Source: Geosiphon pyriformis uo1 (Eukaryota > Fungi > Glomeromycota). From it: a stretch of 38,835 nt of DNA. Each line of letters begins with the position of its first letter. The first letter of the stretch is position 1. The DNA is taken from contig JAAOMT010000454.1 in assembly GCA_016748015.1 (NCBI GenBank), forward strand, positions 5,441 through 44,275. Direction: 5' to 3'. Under the pieces are notes generated by a model. That model was given only the letters and a program-made list of their open reading frames with translations, was not told where the DNA came from and made no database searches. Of the stretch, positions 11,119 through 20,501 are shown in pieces. Both the position numbers and the translations under genes were made by a program.

Positions 11119-11417
11119 TTTTATTTTTTATTTGCTTAACAAGTGTAGCCCAAAAACAATCTAGTACTATATATCAAAGAAATAATCTAAACTAAATGTT
11201 AATCATGTACTTTCTACACGTAACTAATTATTCAGACCAATTAAGAACACACTATGCTAATGCCACAGAAGAAAACTTATTCAAAGATGACATTTTTTAA
11301 ATGACAGAAAACAAAGTTGTACTGCAAGAAACTAAACCAACTAGCTATTTGGCAATTTTAAAGTGATCAGTTTTAACATTAACAGACTCATGCTCCCAAA
11401 GAAACATTAGATTGGAA
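11119..11417 (-). mobile_element. 5'-truncated second copy of the ORF1-only element family
   Basis: The reverse complement encodes SNLMFLWEHESVNVKTDHFKIAK*LVGLVSCSTTLFSVI*KMSSLNKFSSVALA*, homologous to the ORF1 C-terminus at ~4240-4407. Hairpin UTR and A-rich tail follow. 10-bp direct repeat ATTAATAATT at 11109-11118 and 11418-11427. Confidence 0.82.
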
Positions 11418-11879
11418 ATTAATAATTACTTATTTTTAATATTAAACTTATTAAAATAATCAATATTAATAGTATTTATTTAAAAAATTTAATAAATTTA
11501 AACCAATAACTTTAATTATAATTATTAACAAAATATTAATTTTTTATTTATTTATTTTTGTATTATTATTATTTTGTTTTTGTTTTGTTATTATTTAATT
11601 AATTAATTAATTTAAAAAAGTGTTAAAATTAAAAGATTAAAAATTGTTTGGTAAAAATATAAAAATAAATATAAGATTAAGTTATTAATAATTGAATTAC
11701 TTATTAAAAAAATAAAAAATACTAGAATAAATTAATCATTATGCCAAAAAAATTTAATACTAAATATTGTTAATTATTACTACTTAAATTTTTGTTTATT
11801 ATACAAAAAACTTAAAAATCTTTTTTTGTTGATTTTTTAGTCACAATAAGAGTTAAAATATATTAAAAAAATAAATTTT

Positions 11880-12985
11880 TTACATCTTTTTCCTATTTAG
11901 TTTTACAGTTATTTTTTTTAATTTATCTTTGTTTATGGTTATAGAACTAATAAGTTTTTTTTGTTAATAAGTTGAGTTTTGGTTTTGCTAAATTGAAGAT
12001 CCATTTTAACACAAAAAAAAACAAGTAAAGAGTATTTACTCTTATAATACTTCCTACAAAAAACCAAAAAAGCTTAATGTTGAAATTAATATAATTAAGT
12101 CATCTGTTGGTTTTTTCAGTTTATTAATTTGTGTATTGATAGTATTAAGCCTGTTAAATTTTAGATAGCAAAGTTATAAGTAAAATAAGTAATATTAATA
12201 AAATCTTAGATGTAGAAAACATAAAAAATACAATTACAGAAAAGACTAGTTATATAAATTTGAATGCTTTAAAAATAGATAATATTATACTTAGAAAGAT
12301 ATATACTAAGACTTATATTTTGAACAGTCAGCCAAAAAAAATTTTTTTTAACAATTTAAATGATAATAATAATAATAATTTTGATACTTCTGGTTCCTAA
12401 GTTTTCTGAATTCAATTATTTATTATTAACTAAATTATATGTCTTAAAAAAACAAAGTTTTAATTCAGCAAAATTTTTTATATTTGATATTAAGCTATCA
12501 ACTGTGTATAAAAAACTTTTAGAAATAAATTAATAACAGTAAAAAAATTTTTTATTACATTGATAGTTTTAAAAAAGTTTTTAATTTCTCAAAATTTCCA
12601 AAAATTATTAAATCATTCTTTACATTTAAATTGAGCTTGAACAAAGTTAAAAAATTAACTGTCAATAAAAAATCTTGGTAAATAATAAAATAAAAAAGAT
12701 AAACAATTATAAAAATTAAGAAATAATTATTAAGGAAATTTTAGTTGATTTTCTTAAATTGGTTATAGAATTAGTTTTTTCTAAATTTGGCAAAATTATA
12801 TCAATTAAGATATAGCTTATTAGTCTTTAACAAAAGACTTTAATAGAATTTAAGTCTGCTAATATTGCTAATTTAGTTTTAATTAAGTGATTAATTTTTA
12901 TGAATAAAAATTCTGTACATATAATTAAAGTTGTTAATAATAAACAAACATAAATGTTTACGAATTAGCATTAGACTTTGCTATA
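11880..12985 (+). mobile_element. Old LINE (LINE-C), segment 1: 5' UTR and ORF1 N-terminal half
   Basis: Highly eroded ORF1 from ~11935 (SYKKPKK; RRM-like IIIKEILVDFLKLVIELVFSKFGKIISIK). The frame ...LL-Y is cut at TA by pogo-2 and resumes at 20502. Confidence 0.72.
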
Positions 12986-14006
12986 CAGTGAACTCTCTTT
13001 ATAGTCTTTCTGGTTATAATTACTATCTTTTTATAATCACATTTTTTTAAAAACCAAAACCATTTATATATAATATTATCTCTTTATAGTCACTTTTACT
13101 ATATATATCTTTTTATAGTTCCTATCTCCACAAATATAATAGCAGAATATAAATAATTTTCACTTTCTATAGTCACACTATAATCATATGATATTAGATA
13201 TGAACATCAAATGTCATCTTATATTTAATTGGACATGTACAGTTAGGGAAATTTTCCAATTATCAATGGAAATCATTCTTTTTATGGTAGTAAAAAAAAT
13301 TAGAGAAGTTTCTGGAAAGGATTATAGAACACTAAACAAAATTTCTCAAATATTACAACATTCAATTACTCTTCTTTATAAACCACCACTACCATCAGAA
13401 GACAATGATGGAACTATTATATCTGATTTGTTGTTTGTGGGTATTATAAGAGTTTTAATAATAATTGACATATGGTACAGTACTGCTGCTTTTGGTGCTT
13501 TAGAGACTGGTAGTGTTTCAGAGGCTGGTAGTGCTTTGGAGGCTGTTGCTGCAAGTATCGATGAAGTTACTCTGGATAAACTTTGGCTAATAAGATTACT
13601 TTTTCTTTATATTGGAAGAAGAAATTAACAAATCTACAAGCGAGAATAATGGCCCAATGGAATCCTCCAGGAACAAGTTTTTTAATGGGACATTGCTCAA
13701 GCAAATCAACTGGGAACAGAGTTTGAATTTACTTTTTCTTAAGAAAAAAAATGTGACCAGTAATAAAACTCAAAGCATAAGGATTCTAATATATACCCAA
13801 TAAATATATTTTCACACCAACTTTGACATTTATGATTAAAAAAGGGCTCCATACTAGCAATTATATTCATCATTTGACTAATATTTAGTATTAGCGAGCA
13901 AAAGTTTGACTTATAGTTTTAAAAATGTATTAAAAATCAACTTTTTTAGGACAAATAAATTCATGTTAAATGCTTTTTATAATCCAAACATAATCATGCA
14001 GAATGG

Positions 14007-14488
14007 TGTTACAAGTGATTATTTGGGGTGTTGAATCAAATAACAAACTCATAACTTGGTGCTAAAAGTTATTCGCATTGATGTTATTAATCTAAAGGTT
14101 TTGTATCTGAAGGTTTCAGTTTGAGTTCTTTGTATAATGGACAGAGATTCAATAGTTGTTTTATTTGTAGCTTCCCAAAACCACAGTTTTGTCAATTCTT
14201 CTCTCAGCATGATGACCAGCAATCTTCTGGTAAGTATTCCATATCTTCTGTACATGTCTTATCCTCTTGCAGGGGTCTTTTACCAGGCAATCCTTGATGT
14301 CAGTAATCTAGCACTTTATTCAACCAATTAGTGCACAACAATAAAATCAAAATAAAATAAAGAAAAGAAAAGAAAATAATGAATAAGCCAAGGCAGTTTT
14401 GCAAATTAGTATCCTGTTAATAGCTGTGATTAAGAGCTATTGTTCTAGTGTGTTTAAGTATCAATTACTATCAACATGAAAGGTTGGT
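14007..14488 (-). repeat. 3' LTR remnant (U3-proximal ~370 bp missing)
   Basis: Direct repeat of 16406-~16903, starting TGTTACAAGTGATTATTTGGG on the + strand. Confidence 0.9.
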
Positions 14489-14489
14489 A

Positions 14490-16375
14490 TTGGTCTTGAT
14501 TCGGGTGATAGTTTGGAGTCTGAAACTGGTGATCGGGGTTTCTATATTGATTTCCCGATTGTGGATTGCTATAAGTATAGCAGTTGGCTCTGATGTGTTC
14601 TTGTTTACCACAGTTGTGGCAGATATGCATCTTTGGCTGCCATGACTGATTGGATGACAATAATAGATGTGACTGATTTTGGAAACGATTCATGTTTTTC
14701 TGATTGTTATGTCATTGAAGAGGTTGATAAATCATGTGATTGTCAGCTAAGTATCCCTCTAATTTCTGATTAATTGAATTACTGAATTGTTTCAATTTGG
14801 AATCCAATTCAGATAATTTATTCATTGCTAGATTCACAGCTTGAGCATGATTAGCTTCTAGTTTAGCTGCTTCAAAATCTCTGGCATATGTGACTACGGT
14901 TAAAAGATTCACTAGGTGCATTGAATGTACTTGTTGTAGAATACTACTGCACAATCTTTTAATAAATTGATTTAAAATCTGTGGCACTGTGAAATAGTTG
15001 GCTTGGATGGCTTGTATTTGGCATAGATTTCTATGGAAGCATCCCAAGTAGGTAGTGACTGCTTTAGTGTCTCCTTGTCTGATTGTTGTAAAGATGTTGG
15101 CTAATTTGTTGATACTATTATTGTTGCTAAAGTACCACAAGAATTCAGTTTTGAATCCATTAAAATTTTGGAATTTAATAGCAAGACTTTGATATCATGC
15201 ATCAGCAGTATTTTGAAGAAAGTAAGGGATCACTTGCATTGCTCTAGCATCATCTCAATTATTGGCTGTAATGGCTTTGGCTATGTCATTTAACCAGACT
15301 TGGGTATTGTTTTCTTCACCATTGAATTTGTCAAGTTTTGCAATGGATGCATAAGCCATTTGTTGTTGCTGTAGTGGTTGAAGTTGAAGTGGTTGTTGTT
15401 GTATGGGTTGTTGAGGTGGTAGTTGAAGTGGCAGTTGTATGGGTTTGGCTATTGGATTAATTGATGGTTGATTGATGATAATTACTGGAAGTAAGTTTTG
15501 TTGATTTATTAAATTGGGGTTTCGATTATCCTGAGTTGATGGTGTCTGAATATTCAGAGTTTTGATTTCCGGATTTTCTGGGTTTAAATTTTGCTGGGTT
15601 TGAAGATTCAGGTTTTCAAATTCCGGGTTTTCAGTGATCAGGTTCTGGTAAGTGAATTCTTAATCTTTAGCTTTTTTTTCTTCCTCTTTTTCTGATTCCG
15701 TTACTTCTCATGGATCAGAAATTTCGAAATCTGGGGGAGGTGGTGGTAATTAAAGTCCTAATGGCATTGATGATCACAAGTTAAATCTTTCAAAATATGC
15801 ACCATATGGTCCTAATAACTCTGTTTTCCTTTGTTTACTTTGGAATGGGAATTGTCCAAATGCTAATGTCATGTTTGATGTGACTGTGCCAGTAGATGTA
15901 ATATTAAGAGTGCTTCCGGATATATAGTGATATGATTGATTAGTTAAGGACTCAATTCTTGTTTTCTTCCAAGTAGATGGTTGTATTCTTTTGAGTGTTA
16001 CTGCTGGTGTTTGCAGTTTTCTTTTGCCTTTGCTCACGTAAGTAATAGAGTATCTTTGCTGTGTGTGGTGTTTAATTTTTTTGTTGATTTCCGTAATGAT
16101 GAAAATGAAATTGTGATTTGTTGGCAGGTTGGTATTTTGAATTAATTCACTATAAAAGACTTCTCTTGCCAATTTGATATTTACTGGTGTTCCTAACAGA
16201 TAGGCAATTTTTTCATTGATGTAAAAATTGAAAGCTGATTCTGCTGATATGTGGTTGTAATTTAATCCCAAATGTTAACAGTAGTATTGAAATAAGGATT
16301 TTGCGAATTCTAGATGGTTTGCTCCTATGTTTTCTGATTCTGCCACTTTTAAATTTGGGTTGGTGTTGGTTCTCT
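14490..16375 (-). pseudogene. gag: Gypsy Gag with long N-terminal extension, capsid-like domain and CCHC knuckle
   Basis: MAYASIAKLDKFNGEENNTQVWLNDIAKAI at ~15359; FTTIRQGDTKAVTTYLGCF...QILNQFIKRL; CHNCGKQEHIRANC at ~14577-14618. Multiple stops. Confidence 0.85.
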
Positions 16376-16386
16376 GTTAGATTATA

Positions 16387-16403
16387 CCTTACAGAGAGCA
16401 CCA
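16387..16403 (-). promoter_or_regulatory. tRNA primer-binding site
   Basis: rc TGGTGCTCTCTGTAAGG, 2 nt downstream of the 5' LTR, complementary to a tRNA 3' end ...GAGCACCA. Confidence 0.85.
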
Positions 16404-16405
16404 AA

Positions 16406-17261
16406 TATTACAAGTGATTATTTGGGATGTTGAATTAAATAACAAACCTGTAACTTGGTGCTAAAAGTTATTTGTGTTGATGTTATTAATTTGAAGATTT
16501 TGTATTTGAAGGTTTTATATCTGAAGGTTTTGGTTTGAGTTCTTTGTATAATAGACAAAGATTTAATAGTTGTTTTATCTATAGCTTCCTGAAACTGCAG
16601 TTTTGTCAATTCTTCTTTTGGTGTGATGACTGGCAATTTTCTGGTAAGTATTCTGTATCTTCTGTATGTGTTCTACCCTCTTACAGAGGTTTTTTACTAA
16701 GCAATTCTTGACATCAGTAATCGAATGCTTTATTTAACCAATTAGTACACAACAATAAAATCAAAATAAAATAAAGAAAAAAAAAAAAAATAATGAATAA
16801 GCCAAGATGGTTTTACAAGTTAGTATTTCATCAATAGCTGTGATCAAGAGGTATTGTTCCAGTGTGTTTAAGTATCAATTACTATCAACATAAAGGGTTG
16901 ATAGTAGAATTTGGTTTGAGATACCAAATAGTTATTTATTGTGTTTGGAAGGTTGTTTAGATGAAATCTAAACTGGAAGGTCTGTCTTTTTAGCTTCTAA
17001 TCTTACTGTTATATATACATAATTGAGATTTTTCAATTTCTCAATTCTTCACAACAGGAATTCTGAGATTCCTGGAATCTTGTAATTCTTTTAAGAGAAA
17101 TCCTTGAATTCTGGAATCCTGCAATTCCTTGTAAGAATCTTGTAATTCCTGAAATCTTGCAATTCCTGAGAGGAATCTTGGAATTCCACCTTTTATTACG
17201 TCTACTTCTGATTGGTTAATAACTATGCTAATATATATTCCCTATATTTCTATGAGTAATA
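16406..17261 (-). repeat. 5' LTR (856 bp), family C/D
   Basis: Termini T(G>A)TTAC...GTAA(C>T)A. Homologous to 35599-36509. Confidence 0.9.
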
Positions 17262-17489
17262 ATGGAGATTCAGACCTAGACTCAACATATTATGTTTTAA
17301 AAATGCCAATTATAAATGGTAATACACCCAACCCAAAGTAAACAAAACTGTACACAATACAATATATTTCTAACTTTTTAAAGGATATTTATTAGGCTGT
17401 TACACGATTAACTTGATAAGCTTCAAAAACATGATTACTTAAAAGAGGTATTAGAGAGTTAATAATAGGTAATAGTTGTAATTTTATTA

Positions 17490-18410
17490 ACAGATTTACA
17501 TTTTTTGATGATCTGTTTTTTTACTTGTTACTGGAATTGGTTTCCAAGTACCTAATAATGTTTTCTTAATTCACTTTGCTTTAAAAAAGTTTATTCTTTT
17601 TATCTATGCAATTTTACTGAATTTTTTCATTTCTTTGCTTAATATCTATTCATGGCCAATATCATGAAAAACACGATTAGAGACATTTGGATTTACAAAC
17701 TGTGTCTTTCTTATCTAAACTCAAAATCAATTTGATTTAGCAATAAAGCTAAGACATATACGAGACCTGTATATTTCACTTTTAGAATATTCGATAACAT
17801 TAAAGAGATTAGTACACAATCTCTTAAATTTGATACAGTTACGTGCTGCAATTTCCCAATGCCATTGTGAAGATGTAAAAAAAATCAACAATTTGAGCAT
17901 TTTGTTAATTTTTTCTAGTATTGCATCATAGCCTTGATGTTGATTTGAAAGTTTAGATTGAGAAATTACAATTTTTTCTTGAATCAGCTTGCAAACTTCA
18001 GGCTTCAATCATAGCCATTGTTTTTTATCAGCAATTTCAATTAATTGGTAAATAGGATGGCACCAAGTAGACTAAATTAGTGCAAACATTCATCTAGTTG
18101 CAAGTTTTAATAAAGACCTATTGAAACAAACTCCAATGTGAAAGTTAATAATTGCTTGTAAATAAAAAAAGACTTGTTCATACTTTAACCTAAATGTGGG
18201 ATCTGTTTTATTTTGGGTCTATTCTAAGTAACCTTCAACAGATAGATTTTTCTTAGAAACAACATATGGCCACATTAATTTGGAAGCCATTGTATGCCTA
18301 TATATATTATATATCAAATTTCATGACTTATAATGATCAGGACATTTTTTAAAAAACTGCAGTTGACTTTCACTCTGATATTTCTGACATTGTGCAAAGT
18401 ATTTTATATC
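17490..18410 (-). pseudogene. ~300-codon captured fragment of an unidentified protein, possibly an Academ/DUF6589-like transposase C-terminus
   Basis: One long frame broken by scattered stops: FFKKCPDHYKS*NL..., FFYLQAIINFHIGV, HPIYQLIE, HQGYDAILEKINKMLK. The family assignment is from motif memory only. Confidence 0.5.
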
Positions 18411-18429
18411 AATATTCTAATTGATATAG

Positions 18430-18583
18430 ACATTGCTGTATTTGGAGGGCTTGACAACATGATATTGTGCTATCTTTTATGCAATTATGTAAGTATACAA
18501 AGGATCAAATTAACAGCTTTTATTATTGATAATCAGTTAGGAGTAAGAGGCAAAAAGTGTCACAGATGCATTATCAAAATTAG
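18430..18583 (+). pseudogene. Captured exon of a PP-loop ATPase, TilS (tRNA(Ile)-lysidine synthetase)-like N-terminus
   Basis: IAVFGGLDNMILCYLL...KLTAFIIDNQL..EAKSVTDALSKL(G) matches the IAVSGGxDSMxL...VDHxLR...EA pattern after simple substitutions and a small deletion. Flanked by CTAAT..TAG acceptor (18428-18429) and GT donor (18584-18585). Confidence 0.72.
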
Positions 18584-18806
18584 GTTTCTTTTTACTGAGA
18601 ATCTGTCATTTGCACTTAGAATCTTACAGTTGAATTAAAACCTTCATTTTTATAATTTGGCTGTTTTTTATAATCTGAGGCACCTCATATAACATGAAAC
18701 ATCTTACATGTCTGATTAGATATAAGGGAAAATGATGTTTGAAACATAAAAGATACATCAATGCATTATAAAAGCAAAATGCAATAAAAAATGTATTCTT
18801 ATTAAC

Positions 18807-20358
18807 ATGCCAAAAAATGCGAACCAAAAATGAGCAGTAATCTCATTGGAGACTAAAAAGACTCTCTGTTAGTACAAACTAGAGCATCCTGACTACTCAG
18901 CAAATAGACTTATCGAAATATTTAATCTAAAGATTGACCATTCTACTATAACAAAAATACTCACAAAATCAAACCAATAGATTGAAAAGAATGTATCTGA
19001 CAACTCTGGTCAATTGACAAAGGACAGAAAAGAGATGTTTCCAAAGATAAATAATGCACTGAGAAAATAGATGCTTGGAACACTAGCTACCAACTGCATT
19101 CTTACTGGAAAAATTTTACAAACGAAAACTCTTAAGTTTGCTGAAAAGTTTCCAGAAAAAAATAATTTTAAAGCATCAGATAGTTGGTTAGAAAAGTTCA
19201 AGAAACGTCATAATTTGCACCATATTAAGATGCATGGCAAAGCAAACAGTGCCCTCTTGGAAATTTTACCAGAGAAACAAGAGAAACTGCATGAAATTAT
19301 CAGCGAATATGATCTAAATGATGTTTACAATGCCGATGAGACAGCATTATTCTTTAGAATGCCACCAAATACAACTTTGGTAACAAAATCTATCTCTGGT
19401 ACCAAGCATGATAAGAGTCGAATTACCATACTTCTTGCTTGTAATACAACAGGCAGCATCAAGTTGCAGCCTTTAATTATTGGTAAAGCCATGATGTTTT
19501 CGCAATATTAATATGAATGCACTTCCAATCACTTATCATTACAATACAAAAACATGGATGTGAACTGATATTTTTAGTGAATGACTTAATTTATTAAATG
19601 AAGAAATACGTTGTAAGAAAAAAAAGATTTTGCTATTGCTTGATAATACTGGTCCCCATAATAGAGAATCTTCCATATTATCTAATATTATAATTAGATA
19701 TCTACTATCCAATACAACATCTTATTTGCAACCATTAGATGCAAGAATTATTGTATCTTTTAAGACACAATACTGAAAGTTGTTTCTTTTCCATCTTATT
19801 AATTAGTATGATAGCAAGATTCCAATATCAACAGTAACATTAAAGGATGCGGTTGACTTTCTAATTGATGTATAGTCAGTGGTAACAACAACTACAATCC
19901 AAAAATTTTGGCGTCATATAGAAATTTTAAATAATAGTCAAATGCCAGCCCATTCATTAGATATTGAACAAGAACTCTTACAAGAAGTACAAGTTCTTAT
20001 TGAGCACATTGATATTGATAAGCTATTGGCAATAGACTTCATTAATATTGACAAGTTTGAACCATTATTCACTTATGTCTCAGAAAATAAAATTGTGGAT
20101 CTTATTAACAACAAGTATAGTGAAAATTTTAATGCAAATGAAGATTTAGAAAGTGAAAATGAAGATGAATTTTTGTCTTTGCTATCTATACATCAAGGTA
20201 AAATTGCACTTAAAAATACATTGCACTATTGTAAAGAGCAGTATAGTGAAAAAGTTGATTCAGACTTTTTTAAAACTTTGAGAACATTAATTCATAATAC
20301 TGTTCTCAAAGTTCAAGAAGAGAAAAAACAGTTGCAAATAGATAGCTTTTTTAAATAA
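18807..20358 (+). pseudogene. CENP-B/Tigger-like transposase (HTH plus DD31D catalytic domain), intronless
   Basis: ATG 18807 is in frame with ORF 19071. Motifs FKASDSWLEKFKKRHNL, YNADETALFF, LLLLDNTGPH, LQPLD (31 residues between D2 and D3) and C-terminal KQLQIDSFFK*. Several stops and a frameshift near 19490. Confidence 0.92.
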
Positions 20359-20501
20359 AATATATATAATTAGTTATTATATTATGCATGTGATATATAG
20401 ATCATGTGATAAAATATTGATCATTTTTTATAGTTCTATCTCTCTATAGTTATCACAAATATGCTGACCAAAAAGTGTGATTATAAAGAGAGTTTACTGT
20501 A

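Larger units (their letters stand above)
14007..17261 (-). mobile_element. Internally deleted Gypsy (family C/D): 5' LTR, PBS, gag and truncated 3' LTR; no pol
   Basis: 5' LTR 16406-17261 and partial 3' LTR 14007-~14488. 4-bp TSD ATGG at 14003-14006 and 17262-17265. Confidence 0.9.
12986..20499 (+). mobile_element. pogo/Tigger DNA transposon pogo-2 with cargo (~4.25 kb excluding the nested Gypsy)
   Basis: TIRs CAGTGAACTCTCTTTATAGTC and (rc) CAGTAAACTCTCTTTATAATC, 19/21 identical. TA TSD at 12984-12985 and 20500-20501. Removing it restores the LINE-C ORF1 frame (LLYILLINT). Confidence 0.92.

Noticed and set aside
10780-11870. AT-saturated spacers (also 4570-4880, 5330-5610, 5830-6030) as regulatory, centromeric or organellar DNA
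   Set aside because: No periodicity or recognisable genes. They are most simply end-stage eroded repeats and cannot be assigned by eye.
13188-13628. 146-aa ORF as a real host gene
   Set aside because: It starts in the pogo-2 subterminal region, appears to cross unrelated cargo pieces, and has no recognisable domain.
14049-16636. Similar small ORFs 14049..14255 and 16418..16636 as a duplicated gene
   Set aside because: Both lie inside the two LTRs of Gypsy C, so the similarity is just the LTR repeat. The frame is broken by stops in the LTR of copy D.
18333-18638. 101-aa ORF as an intact tilS gene
   Set aside because: Only ~50 codons are PP-loop-like, the motif is mutated and frameshifted, and the rest is antisense cargo or intron sequence.
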